DNA of 64,000 nt from an uncultured delta proteobacterium (GTDB taxonomy: Bacteria; Desulfobacterota; Desulfobacteria; Desulfobacterales; JAHEIW01). The DNA lies in contig CAVPNL010000005.1 in assembly GCA_963706575.1 (NCBI GenBank), positions 128,001 through 192,000 of the forward strand, given 5' to 3'. Below, one piece after another: positions 49,577-59,876 of this stretch. The notes beneath the pieces were generated by a model. The model saw only the letters and a list, made by a program, of their open reading frames with translations, did not search any database and was not told where the DNA came from. The position numbers and the translations under genes were made by a program. The first letter of the stretch is position 1; each line of letters starts with the position of its first letter.

Positions 49577-51611
49577 TTTAAAGCCAACGATCCTAATTAT
49601 TGATGACGAGGACCGCTTCCGGCAGGCGCTGGCCCGGCAGCTTGAAGTCAGAGACTTCAACGTCCTGGACACCAGCAACGGCGAAGATGCCATCAAAATC
49701 GTGCGTCACGACAATCCCGAGGTGGTCATCCTGGACCAGAAGATGCCGGGTATGGACGGTATCCAGACCTTAAAGGAGATCAAAAAGATCCGACCCGAAG
49801 TACAGGTGATCATGCATACCGGCCACGGCAACCTTGAAGCGGCCCGGTTAACCGGCAAGCATGATGTTTTTTGCTATCTTGAAAAACCCAGCACCCTGGA
49901 AGATTTGATAAAGGTGGTCAGGGATGCTCTGGAAGAGCGAGTCAATGCCCTTGCCCGTCACGAGATACCGGAAATTCAAAAAAGCGGACTCAAAGATTGG
50001 CTGATCGGCGTGCATAATGCCCGGCCGGGGATCATTCTGCTGGGCCTCATACTTTTTGCGGGCATGGTACTGATGCCGATGCCTCGACAGCTTGAAACCT
50101 TTCTGGTATCCAAAAAAACCGGAGAAATGGGGGAGGCCGTTGCCGGCTATTCCGATTACCGTCAGATGGAGGTCGGCCAGAGCATTGCCGAGTATTATAC
50201 CCGCAAGGCAAAATTGTACACCAAAACAATTGCCCCGGACGGCAAAGTGGTCAAGACTCCCCTTAGCACGGAGCAGGTCGCGCGGCGCGCCAAAGTCATG
50301 GTGGGAATTTTGCTGGTGGCGGCGATTTTCTGGGCCACCGGCGCCGTGCCCATCGGCATTACGGCCCTGCTGGTCGGCGTGCTGATGTATTTCTTCGGCG
50401 TGTTTCCCGCCGATCAGGTGGCACAGGCTTACGCCAAGGATTCGGTCGTTTTCATTTTCGGTGTTTTGGCCCTTGCCGCGGCCATCAGCAAAACCGGGCT
50501 GGATCGCCGCATCGGCATTTTGCTGTTGGGCACCAGCACCTCCCTAGCACGCTTTGCCTTCATTTTCGGACCCCTTTTAGCCGTTACAGCCGCTTTTCTG
50601 TCCGAACATGCCCTGGTGGCCTTCATCGCGCCCATTTTGATGCTTGTCTACCTGGGGGCGATCCGAACTGCCGGCTTAAAAAAGGACAAGAGTCTGGTGG
50701 TCATGCTGCTACTGATGCTGACATTCTGCGGCAATGTCGGCGGGCCCGGATCCCCTGCGGCCGGCGGGCGCAACGCCGTGATGCTGGGTATTTTCTCGGA
50801 TTACGGGGTCAGCCTGTCTTTCGGGCAGTGGGTTAAAATGGGAATGCCGTTTGTACCGGTTATGGCAGTGGTAATCGCGGCCTATTTTTTGCTGGTTTTT
50901 CGGAAAAAGGTGAAGATCAAACCCATCAATATTGCCGCCGAGGTCCGGCGCGAATCCGAAAAAATCGGAAAGATGACAGCCGATGAGTACAAAGCCGCAG
51001 GGGTTCTCATACTCGTTATCGTCTTGTGGACAACTCTTTCCAGCCGGTTTGGCATGGGCGGGCCGGTCATATTGTGCCTGGTGCTGTTGAATATTCTTGG
51101 GGTCCTTCGCTGGCGGGATATCAACAACATTCACTGGGATGTTGTGGCCTTGTACGCGGCGGCCAGCGCCATGGGATATGGGCTGGCCGCTACCGGAGCG
51201 GCCCTGTGGCTGGCCAGCAGCTTTATGTCTGTGCTGCCTGAAATTCTAAAGAGCGGAATCGGTCTGTGCATCTCCACCAGCTTTATCACCGGTGCTTTAA
51301 CCAATTTCATGAGCGACGGCGCCACGGTGGCGGCGGTGGGCCCGATAACCGTTCCTATGGCGACTCTGTCGGGGACCTCGCCGATTATGGTGGGGCTGGC
51401 GACCGCGTTTGCCTCTTCATTTGCCCATATGCTGATCATCGGCACACCCAACAACGCCATTGTTTTCAGCATGGCCAAAGACCCCGATACCGGGGAGCAG
51501 CTGCTGACGATGAAAGACTTTTTCATCCACGGCTTTGCGATTTTTGTTCTCAGCCTGGTGGTATTGTGGCTGTGGGCATTCTTCGGCTACTGGAAATGGA
51601 TAACCTTTTAA
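49542..51611 (+). CDS. Receiver domain fused to SLC13/DASS family permease
   Basis: IIDDE...ILDQKMPGMDG...TGHG...EKP REC; then SEHA, AGGRN, MSDGA, GTPNN transporter motifs. Confidence 0.88.
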   Translation: MQRQPVTADKNNLKPTILIIDDEDRFRQALARQLEVRDFNVLDTSNGEDAIKIVRHDNPEVVILDQKMPGMDGIQTLKEIKKIRPEVQVIMHTGHGNLEAARLTGKHDVFCYLEKPSTLEDLIKVVRDALEERVNALARHEIPEIQKSGLKDWLIGVHNARPGIILLGLILFAGMVLMPMPRQLETFLVSKKTGEMGEAVAGYSDYRQMEVGQSIAEYYTRKAKLYTKTIAPDGKVVKTPLSTEQVARRAKVMVGILLVAAIFWATGAVPIGITALLVGVLMYFFGVFPADQVAQAYAKDSVVFIFGVLALAAAISKTGLDRRIGILLLGTSTSLARFAFIFGPLLAVTAAFLSEHALVAFIAPILMLVYLGAIRTAGLKKDKSLVVMLLLMLTFCGNVGGPGSPAAGGRNAVMLGIFSDYGVSLSFGQWVKMGMPFVPVMAVVIAAYFLLVFRKKVKIKPINIAAEVRRESEKIGKMTADEYKAAGVLILVIVLWTTLSSRFGMGGPVILCLVLLNILGVLRWRDINNIHWDVVALYAAASAMGYGLAATGAALWLASSFMSVLPEILKSGIGLCISTSFITGALTNFMSDGATVAAVGPITVPMATLSGTSPIMVGLATAFASSFAHMLIIGTPNNAIVFSMAKDPDTGEQLLTMKDFFIHGFAIFVLSLVVLWLWAFFGYWKWITF

Positions 51612-51674
51612 TCAAGATCAAAGAAAGCATAATCATTTATTCCGTATAAAAGTATACAGAAAGGAGTTACGATT

Positions 51675-52160
51675 ATGGCCGAACCTAAAATTAACCTTCT
51701 AATTGTAGATGACGAAGAGCAATTTTTGGAATCCATCAGCAAAAGCTTGCAGGTACGGGATTTTAACGTTGTTGCCGTCAACCGGGGTGAGAAAGCCATT
51801 GAAGCTGCCAGAAACAACCCCTTCGACATTGCCCTTGTGGATTTGAAAATGCCCGGAATAAACGGCGAAGAGACGCTCAAGGCCCTCAAAGCAGAGCATC
51901 GGTGGATGGAAGTGATTATACTTACGGGCCATGGAACCATTGACTCGGCCGTTGAGTGTACCAAAAGCGGTGCTTATTCATATCTGCAGAAACCCTGCAG
52001 TTTGGACGAGCTTTTGGAGTCCCTAATAAACGCCTACAAAAACAAAGTCATGAACAAGAAAAAAATCGAGGAAAAGAAAATGACCGAATTGCTGAAAATT
52101 TCCCTGGCCGGCTCTCCAAGAGATATTTTGCGCAGATTGAGAGAGATTGATAAAGGCTAA
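51675..52160 (+). CDS. Single-domain response regulator
   Basis: IVDDE, VDLKMPG, LTGHG, QKP. Confidence 0.92.
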   Translation: MAEPKINLLIVDDEEQFLESISKSLQVRDFNVVAVNRGEKAIEAARNNPFDIALVDLKMPGINGEETLKALKAEHRWMEVIILTGHGTIDSAVECTKSGAYSYLQKPCSLDELLESLINAYKNKVMNKKKIEEKKMTELLKISLAGSPRDILRRLREIDKG

Positions 52161-53602
52161 TGGGAATTTCATCATTTACAATACTGATTAAAGGCGTGAT
52201 CGGCTGGAAAGCGGTGGTGGATATTGTCCTGATCGCTACGGGATTGTTCTTTTTATATCACACCCTGCTTCGGTTAGGGACCTGGCGAATCCTGGCCGGC
52301 ATCATGCTTGCTGCGTTTCTGTTTTTCATCGCCAATGTCATGGACCTCAGAGGCCTGGAGTGGATTTTCGGCAACTTCAGCCATGTGGCCGTCATCGCTC
52401 TGGTTGTGATTTTTCAACCGGAGCTCAGAAAAATATTCGAACGGGCCGCATCGGTCAGGCGATTTGAAATCCGTGATGCCGGGGCTGAACTGTCCCGTAT
52501 GATCATGGATTCCATGATCAAACTGGCCGCGCAACGCCGCGGTGCGATTGTGGTCTTTCCCGGCAAGGAACCTGTTCAGGAATGGCTCTCGGGTGGTTTC
52601 AAACTGGATGCCAGGCCCAGCATCCCGCTTATCATGAGCATTTTCGATCCAAACTCACCGGGACACGATGGCGCTCTGATCATTCAAAAGGGAAAATTTA
52701 CACGTTTTGGGGTGCGCTTACCCATCTCACAGAGCTCAAAGCTTCCGGATGAATTCGGCACCCGCCATCATGCGGCCATGGGTTTGTCCGAAAAGTCGGA
52801 TGCGCTTGCGATTGTCGTTTCCGAAGAACGGGGAAAAATTTCGATATTTAGCAATGGTAAGTTTCGGCAGCTTGATGACCCTGAAAAACTTGAGAGGGCC
52901 ATCACTTCACACTGGAAACACACATCATCGTATCCCTTCGAGCTTCCCGAAGGAAAGAAACGATGGTTGGTGCTTTCACAAATTTTTATCAGCCTATGTC
53001 TGGCGGTTTTTTTCTGGTCGGCACTCATCATTGCTCAGGGAGAAATGCTGGAAAAGATCGTGACGGTGCCGGTGGAATATACGGCCTCGCCTGCGGATCT
53101 CATTTTGGTCGGAGACAAGCAAAAAGAAGTCCGGCTCCATCTGGCCGGTTCGAAGGCAGATCTTGATTCAATCAATCCGGCAGAGTTGAACATAAAAATA
53201 GACCTGTCCAAAGCCGTACCCGGAAAACAGATTTTTCTGATTGGCGGAGAAAATTTGCGATTACCCAGGAACGTAAAATTGCTGGATATGGTTCCCTCCA
53301 GCATGGAGCTCACCCTTGCGCCAATTGTGGAACAGGAAGTCAACATAAAGCCGCAGCTGATAGGAAAACTTCCCGCCGGCCTGAAGATTATTAAAATAGA
53401 AGTGATACCCCCCAAAATAAAGGTCCTTTCTCCTGAAGCCGACGGGAAAAAACAGGTCGTTGATGTCATTACGACACCAATTTATCTGGAGAGCATTTAC
53501 GATGAAACCAGGCTCTATTGTAAAATTATTGCACCGCCGGCTGTTCAGCCGGTAGACAAGCGCTGGCCGGATGTCGAGGTGGTGATCAAGGTGGGGCGCT
53601 AG
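52160..53602 (+). CDS. dacA: Diadenylate cyclase (CdaA/DacA-type) fused to YbbR/CdaR-like domain
   Basis: 3 TM, VIFQPELR, HDGA, GTRHHAA, VVSEERG; extra TM then TVPVEY...P...V YbbR-like repeats. Confidence 0.88.
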   Translation: MGISSFTILIKGVIGWKAVVDIVLIATGLFFLYHTLLRLGTWRILAGIMLAAFLFFIANVMDLRGLEWIFGNFSHVAVIALVVIFQPELRKIFERAASVRRFEIRDAGAELSRMIMDSMIKLAAQRRGAIVVFPGKEPVQEWLSGGFKLDARPSIPLIMSIFDPNSPGHDGALIIQKGKFTRFGVRLPISQSSKLPDEFGTRHHAAMGLSEKSDALAIVVSEERGKISIFSNGKFRQLDDPEKLERAITSHWKHTSSYPFELPEGKKRWLVLSQIFISLCLAVFFWSALIIAQGEMLEKIVTVPVEYTASPADLILVGDKQKEVRLHLAGSKADLDSINPAELNIKIDLSKAVPGKQIFLIGGENLRLPRNVKLLDMVPSSMELTLAPIVEQEVNIKPQLIGKLPAGLKIIKIEVIPPKIKVLSPEADGKKQVVDVITTPIYLESIYDETRLYCKIIAPPAVQPVDKRWPDVEVVIKVGR

Positions 53603-53803
53603 CAATGTTTTTGCGAAAAATCTGCGCAACCGAAGTCATGGACTAAATTTCTTTTCTAAGATTTGCATTTGTATTTCAAAAAAAAAGAAGCTTTTGGAAA
53701 AACAGGACACCCGACAGCAAATTGGCAGGAAGGATTAGCACATGAATCGGATAAAAACCTTCATCGTCGCAAATTCGTGGTAAAATCGAATTTAATATCA
53801 CCA

Positions 53804-55036
53804 TCACCAGCGCATACGGACTTCCTGGATCGCCTGGGGGGTACTGCGCTCAATGGTGAACGAGATCCCCCTTCTTTTGATGACCGTACCCGGTGCGGGT
53901 ATCTCGCTGGATTTTTCTAATAAAAATCCGGCCAGCGTCGCGTATTTTCCCTTGGGGAGTTGGATGCCCAGCTCTTCCTCAAGGCTGTCAACCTCGATGC
54001 GGGCACTCACCATGTAGTCTCTTTTAGAAATTTTACGTACCCATTGCACCGGTTTTTCACCGCTGTCATATTCATCTTCCATTTCTTCCACCACCTCTTC
54101 CATGATATCTTCCATGGTGACGAGTCCGGCCGCACCGCCGAACTCATCGACAACGACCGCCACCGTATCACCGTCCTTGCGCAGATCCAGGAGCAGCTCA
54201 CTGATATTTTTTGATGGCGGGACGAATCGAACCTCGCGGATAAAGGGCTTTATGGGTTGGTGGCCGTCGGCGCCGAGAAGTTCCAGTGCGTTTAATACGC
54301 CCACGACTTTATCTACGCGTTCGGCATATACCGGCAGGCGGATGTGGGCTTCCGCATGTGCCAGCTCAATGGCGTCGCCGCAGGTGGTGTCCTGTTCAAT
54401 GGCGGCCACATCAATCAACGGAATCATTACTTCATAAGCGGTTGTCTCTGAAAAGCTGAAAATGCGCTGGATCATGTCCTTTTCGTCGGGCTGGATATCG
54501 CCTTCGGCAGCCGGCATCTGCAGCATGGTAAGAATCTCTTCGCGAAGGGTGAAGGGATTTTGGATATTTTGCCCGAAACGCCATGTGAGCAGGCGCGTCG
54601 TCAGCGTGAATACAATGAGTATGGGGTAGAACACATAGGAGGCCAGACGCAGCAGAAAAATCGCACGCGGGGTGATCGTGTTGGCGCGCTGCTGGAAAAT
54701 ACTTTTAGGCACAATTTCGCCAAAGATCCAGATCAAAGGCGCCACCAGGACAATGGCAAACCAGCTGTGTTGTTCCCCGAATAATTCGATCATCAAGGCC
54801 GTAACGATGGTGGTGTTGCTGACCACCGCAATATTGGTACCCACCAGCGTAGTGGACAGCAACCATTCCGGTTTTTTAAGCATTTCCAGGGCCAGTTTTG
54901 CCCCGCGGGAACCTTTGGCAGCTTCATGGCGCAGCTTCATCTGATCCGCGCTCACGACGCCGATTTCTGAACCGGAAAAGAAGGCCTCCATCAGAAGGAA
55001 GACCAAAATTAAAATCAGGGTCAACAATATGTCCAT
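53804..55036 (-). CDS. CNNM/HlyC-CorC family protein (DUF21 + CBS + CorC)
   Basis: FFSGSE, LVGTN, GEIVPK, RLPVY, VVDEFGG...EDIMEE, TLAG. Confidence 0.92.
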   Translation of the reverse strand: MDILLTLILILVFLLMEAFFSGSEIGVVSADQMKLRHEAAKGSRGAKLALEMLKKPEWLLSTTLVGTNIAVVSNTTIVTALMIELFGEQHSWFAIVLVAPLIWIFGEIVPKSIFQQRANTITPRAIFLLRLASYVFYPILIVFTLTTRLLTWRFGQNIQNPFTLREEILTMLQMPAAEGDIQPDEKDMIQRIFSFSETTAYEVMIPLIDVAAIEQDTTCGDAIELAHAEAHIRLPVYAERVDKVVGVLNALELLGADGHQPIKPFIREVRFVPPSKNISELLLDLRKDGDTVAVVVDEFGGAAGLVTMEDIMEEVVEEMEDEYDSGEKPVQWVRKISKRDYMVSARIEVDSLEEELGIQLPKGKYATLAGFLLEKSSEIPAPGTVIKRRGISFTIERSTPQAIQEVRMRW

Positions 55037-55093
55037 GGTTTCACTATCGACTCACTTGAAGCAATCCGGTACGTCGGGTGCCTGCCTTGCGGT

Positions 55094-55241
55094 TTAGAAG
55101 TAGTATCAAAACCCCATCTGAGGCCCAATGGCTGCGTTGCAGGCCTCCGATAAATGCTCACATACCCATGTATGCTGCGCTTTCTCGATCGGCCTGCGCC
55201 TTGCCCTTGAACCTGATCTGAGGTTTTGAAATTACTTCTAA
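55094..55241. mobile_element. MITE-like element (148 bp) between the two CNNM genes
   Basis: TIRs TTAGAAGTAGTATCAAAACC / GGTTTTGAAATTACTTCTAA (18/20). Confidence 0.7.
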
Positions 55242-56572
55242 TCATTATCGCCCTGCTTTTGAATTGGATTCTCGGCAGCATCAGGCGGTTTTTCTTCAGT
55301 TGGCGCCACTTCCGGGGTTTTTTCAAACTCCACGGTCTTAATACGGTTTTCTTCTACTTCGATAACCCTGAAGCGGAATCCGTCGATTTCGATTTTGTCC
55401 CCTTCGGGTGGAAGTTCACCGTAATGGTGCAGCAACAGGCCACCGATGGTTTCGCCCCATTCCACAGAAAGATCCGAATCCATTTGCTGATTGAATTCTG
55501 CGATCGGCATACTGCCGTCCACAGCGTAGCGACCCTGACCCAGATCTTTGATGCTGACCTGATCCACCTCGTCCGACGGACTGTGAATTTCACCGAAAAT
55601 GCACTCCAGCAGGTCTTCCATGGTGACCATGCCGGTGATACCGCCATATTCGTCAACGGTGAGGGCAATGGATAATTTGCGCTCCCGGAAGGTGCGGAAA
55701 AGATCGGCGGCCAGTTTGGACTCCGGGACGAAATACGGTTTTCGCAAAAGTCTTTGCAGGCGGTGCGGATCCCGGGAAAATTCCTCGATGTCGATTCCCA
55801 GAAGATCTCTTGCGTGCAGAATACCGCAGACATTATCCCGGTTTTCCTGATAGATGGGGATTTTGGTGTGACGGGATTTGCATACCTCGACGATGATCTC
55901 TTCCAGCGGTATATCCATGGCCAGAAAGAAGATGTCAGATCGGGGTGTCATGACATCTTCCAGGGTCTTGTTGCCAAAGTCAAATATCTGCTCAATAAAC
56001 TGGGCTTCAAAATGATCCAGCGCACCTTCACCGACCGCCTCCCGGGTGAGGATTCTGAACATATCTTCGGTGATGATATTGCCGCGGGAGCGGTCCTTGC
56101 CGATAATAAGTGTAATAATCCAGTCTGCTACCTTGCGCACCACAAATCGTAGCGGCTTGATCAAGCGGGCAAACAACTCTATGAGCTTGCTCTCGAAGCC
56201 GGCAAAGGCAATGTTGTGACGGATGGCCAAAACCTTGGGGGTAATTTCACCCAATAGCAGCAGCAGCGGCACCATAATGAGAAGGTTTATCCATTTTTTT
56301 TCGGCGCCGAGCACCTTTATTACAATGGCTGCTGAGATAACTGAAGCGGTTACATTTACCAGTTCGTTGCCGATCAGGATGGTGATGATGAGTCGTCGGG
56401 GCTGACTTAGCAGACGCTGGATGAGGCCAATTCGGGGATGTTGGTCCCGCCGCATTTGCTCCAATTGTATATCGCTCAGGGAAAAGAGTGAGGTTTCGGA
56501 ACTGGAAAAAAAGCCTGAAAGACCCATCATGACAAGAAAAAGGCCGACTTCAAGCCACAGGACATAATCCAT
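55238..56572 (-). CDS. CNNM/HlyC-CorC family protein (DUF21 + CBS + CorC)
   Basis: FFSSSET, ILIGNE, GEITPK, VMTPR, VDEYGG...EDLLE, TIGG. Confidence 0.92.
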   Translation of the reverse strand: MDYVLWLEVGLFLVMMGLSGFFSSSETSLFSLSDIQLEQMRRDQHPRIGLIQRLLSQPRRLIITILIGNELVNVTASVISAAIVIKVLGAEKKWINLLIMVPLLLLLGEITPKVLAIRHNIAFAGFESKLIELFARLIKPLRFVVRKVADWIITLIIGKDRSRGNIITEDMFRILTREAVGEGALDHFEAQFIEQIFDFGNKTLEDVMTPRSDIFFLAMDIPLEEIIVEVCKSRHTKIPIYQENRDNVCGILHARDLLGIDIEEFSRDPHRLQRLLRKPYFVPESKLAADLFRTFRERKLSIALTVDEYGGITGMVTMEDLLECIFGEIHSPSDEVDQVSIKDLGQGRYAVDGSMPIAEFNQQMDSDLSVEWGETIGGLLLHHYGELPPEGDKIEIDGFRFRVIEVEENRIKTVEFEKTPEVAPTEEKPPDAAENPIQKQGDND

Positions 56573-57007
56573 GATTTGATAAGTACTCGTTTTTTATGGG
56601 GTGGATTAAGAATAAAAAGTGAATTGGTTATCATCCCAGATTTAGTTTAACGTTTCGAAACTTCAAGTAAACGCGAGCAACTAATTAATTTTTATCGAAA
56701 ACAAAGGTGATTGTCAACTCGGTTTTTGCACCGGTGGCGATACTTAAATCCATATGAATATAACGAACGGGCAAGCGCCGGGTTTCCGCCATCTTCAGGC
56801 AAATCGGTCTGTTATTTTCTGTGGCCTAAGATAAAGACCGCCAGAGCGACTATGCCGAAGTCAAATGGAGTCTTTTTTTTATTTTACCTTTTGGTTGATT
56901 TTGGTTTCATTACTGAATAAATTGTAGCAGATCTTTGTTGAATATAATCCATTTTTAATAGAGGGAGAAAAATGACATAATTGTGCTTTTTCATCGATTT
57001 TATAAAA

Positions 57008-57076
57008 TCGCGGCTGGAAGCCGCTCCCACCCCACGAGTCGATCCCTTTCTATGTGGGAGCGGCTTCCAGCCGCGA
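57008..57076. repeat. Inverted REP doublet (GTGG-type REP)
   Basis: TCGCGGCTGGAAGCCGCTCCCAC ... GTGGGAGCGGCTTCCAGCCGCGA perfect 23-bp arms, each with an internal hairpin. Confidence 0.8.
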
Positions 57077-57154
57077 AAAACCGACAATGCATCTGACTTT
57101 TGCATCAATTCATTTAGCAACGGCTTTACTATAACACAAGCTAAACGATGATCC

Positions 57155-58117
57155 ATGTTGACCTACGTGCTTTTTGCCATCGGCTTCGTCTTTTTGATCA
57201 AAGGAGCGAACTTCCTGGTTGACGGCGCTGTTTCTGTTGCCAGACGCCTGAATGTATCCGACCTGGCTATTGGGTTGACGGTGGTTGCCTTTGGTACCTC
57301 GACCCCGGAATTATTTGTCAACATCATTGCCAGTTTCAAGGGCAACAGCGACATTGCCATCGGCAATGTGCTGGGAAGTAACATCGCCAATGTTTTTCTG
57401 ATCCTGGGGATATCCTCGGTCATTTATCCGCTTGCTGTTACAAAGAGTACCGTCTGGAAAGAAATTCCGTTTAGTTTGCTGGCTGCCATTGTCCTGTTGT
57501 TTACGGCCAATGATCAGATCCTCGATGGTGCCGGCGGATCTGTACTGACGAGAATTGACGGACTCATCTTTCTTTGCTTTTTTACGATTTTTATCTATTA
57601 TACATTTTCCATTGCAGCTCGGGTAGAAGGGATGGAGCAGCATGTTCCCGCCAAACATAATGGATGGCTTCGGTCATTGCTGTGTATTATTGCAGGGTTG
57701 GTCGGGTTAACCATCGGCGGGAAATGGATCGTAGACGGCGCCATTGTCCTTGCCACAAAATTGGGGATGAGCGAATCGTTGATCGGATTGACCATCGTCG
57801 CTGTAGGGACATCATTGCCCGAACTGGCCACCTCGGCTGTGGCGGCTTATAAAAAGAATGTGGAAATTGCCGTGGGCAATGTTGTGGGGTCAAATATTTT
57901 CAACATCTTTTTCGTTCTGGGAATCAGCGCCACCATTAAGCCGCTGCCGTTTCAATCGAAGAATAATATCGACCTCGGTGTCGTGATTTTCTCCAGTCTG
58001 ATGCTGTTTTTCTTTATGTTTACCGGGAAAAAGCGTTCTTTGGACCGCTGGGAGGGAATCGTTTGTTTGATACTCTATTTCGGCTATGTCGCATTTCTCA
58101 TTGTTAATGAACCATAA
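57155..58117 (+). CDS. Calcium/sodium antiporter (CaCA, YrbG-like)
   Basis: GTSTPE / GTSLPE alpha repeats, two GNV.GSN motifs. Confidence 0.93.
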   Translation: MLTYVLFAIGFVFLIKGANFLVDGAVSVARRLNVSDLAIGLTVVAFGTSTPELFVNIIASFKGNSDIAIGNVLGSNIANVFLILGISSVIYPLAVTKSTVWKEIPFSLLAAIVLLFTANDQILDGAGGSVLTRIDGLIFLCFFTIFIYYTFSIAARVEGMEQHVPAKHNGWLRSLLCIIAGLVGLTIGGKWIVDGAIVLATKLGMSESLIGLTIVAVGTSLPELATSAVAAYKKNVEIAVGNVVGSNIFNIFFVLGISATIKPLPFQSKNNIDLGVVIFSSLMLFFFMFTGKKRSLDRWEGIVCLILYFGYVAFLIVNEP

Positions 58118-58158
58118 CGCTAAAAGCCTTTATCTTAGTGAAAATAAGGATAAAAGAA

Positions 58159-58687
58159 ATGAAAAAAGTCTTGCTCTTTTTGATCTGTTTGGCAGTCCTT
58201 TTGAGCCCCTGCCCATTATTTGCGAAAGAGAAGCCGGTTCGATTTCTCGGATATTCAGCCTGATCTGGAGTCCGCAATTGGTAAATTGTCTACGTATATT
58301 AATATACTTGAAGACATTCAGAACAAGTTGGATGCATCCGCCAGGGCCAACCAAAATTACAACGAACAGAAAAACCTTTTTCTCTCCTCTCAATTGGCGA
58401 TCACAACCATCACCGCAATCCTGGAGTATAATCGTGACTTGTTGATCCTCTTTGGCGACTTAAAGGAAAAGAACCGCAAAAAATTTTATGAAGTCAGAAT
58501 TGAAAGCCTGGAGACCTCTATTACCCAGATCAACAATATGCATAAACAGATTCAGATTAACTACACGATTTTACCACCCGATTTTTTTGAGCAGGTCCAT
58601 GTAAACACGGAGCGCAAAGTCATCATGTCCTCGATAGCGTCATTGGAAGCGTGTGTTGAGCTCTTAAAATCCGTCAACCAAAAATAA
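58159..58687 (+). pseudogene. Exported helical hypothetical protein with one +1 frameshift (probably sequencing error)
   Basis: Signal peptide MKKVLLFLICLAVLLSPCPLFA from 58159 joins the 58220-58687 frame if one base near 58237 is removed. Confidence 0.6.
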
Positions 58688-58721
58688 AAACGATCCGTGA
58701 CCGGCAAGGAGATGAAAAAAC

Positions 58722-59807
58722 ATGCAAAAAAAGATCAGAAGAACTGCCAAATTTATCAAGAAGTCATCCAAAAAAGCCGGTATGTCCCCCGGAATCCTGG
58801 TACATGTCGGAGAACAGAAGATCGAGACAGCCAGGATCACCTTGATGGGTTACGATCAGGCTCGTTTGGAAGAAAAGCAATTAAAACGCATTGAAGAATC
58901 TTTTGACTTTAAAGACACGCCGCCGGTTAGCTGGATAAACATCGACGGGCTTCATGAGGTCGAGTTGATTGAAAAAATCGGCACCCATTTCAACATTCAC
59001 CCGCTGACTCAGGAAGATATCGTAAATACCGGTCAGCGTCCCAAGGTAGAAGATTTCGAAGAATACGTTTATCTTGTATTTAAGATGCTTAAATTTGACG
59101 AAACGACCGGCCATATCACCTCCGAGCAGGTGAGTCTGATTGTGGGGCCCCATTATTTGTTATCCTTCCAGGAGACTGAAGGTGATGTCTTCAATTCTGT
59201 GCGCGAGCGTATCCGCAAGGGACGGGTTCATATTCGCAAATCCGGGCCCGATTATTTGGCCTATGCCCTGATTGATGCCGTGGTGGACCACTATTTTTTA
59301 ATCCTTGAAAAAGTGGGTGAAAGAATCGAGCACTTCGAGGAGCGCCTTCATGTACAACCGACGCCGGAAATTCTAAAGGACATATATGATCTGAAAAGAG
59401 AATTGATCTATTTCCGCAAGCAGGTATGGCCGATCAGGGAGGTCCTGAGTACCTGGCAAAAGACAGAATCTGCTATTGTTCAAGAAGCCAATAAAGTTTT
59501 TATCCGTGATGTGTATGATCATACGATTCAGGTCATCGATACGATTGAATCTTTTCGGGATATCATTTCGGGTTTGATGGATCTGTACCTGTCCACTGTG
59601 AGCAATAAAATGAATGAGGTCATGAAGGTGTTGACCATCATGGCCACCATTTTCATACCGCTGACGTTCGTGGCCGGCATCTATGGAATGAACTTTAAAT
59701 TTATGCCGGAGCTTGATTGGAAGTGGTCTTACCCGATTCTGTGGATTTTGCTGATTGTCATTTTTTCCGGCATGATGTTTTATTTCAAACGCAAAAAGTG
59801 GTTTTAG
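58722..59807 (+). CDS. corA: Magnesium/cobalt transporter CorA
   Basis: HPLTQEDI...QRPK, MNEVMKVLT, GIYGMNF, MPEL. Confidence 0.95.
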   Translation: MQKKIRRTAKFIKKSSKKAGMSPGILVHVGEQKIETARITLMGYDQARLEEKQLKRIEESFDFKDTPPVSWINIDGLHEVELIEKIGTHFNIHPLTQEDIVNTGQRPKVEDFEEYVYLVFKMLKFDETTGHITSEQVSLIVGPHYLLSFQETEGDVFNSVRERIRKGRVHIRKSGPDYLAYALIDAVVDHYFLILEKVGERIEHFEERLHVQPTPEILKDIYDLKRELIYFRKQVWPIREVLSTWQKTESAIVQEANKVFIRDVYDHTIQVIDTIESFRDIISGLMDLYLSTVSNKMNEVMKVLTIMATIFIPLTFVAGIYGMNFKFMPELDWKWSYPILWILLIVIFSGMMFYFKRKKWF

Positions 59808-59876
59808 GGAAGGGGTAGGATTTTGCAAGCAGGTTTTTGGCAGGGGTCGAAAACCGGACCGAATTCCACTGAATCA

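Noticed and set aside
55021..55326. 101-aa ORF between the CNNM genes
   Set aside because: Spans a MITE-like element and overlaps both neighbours
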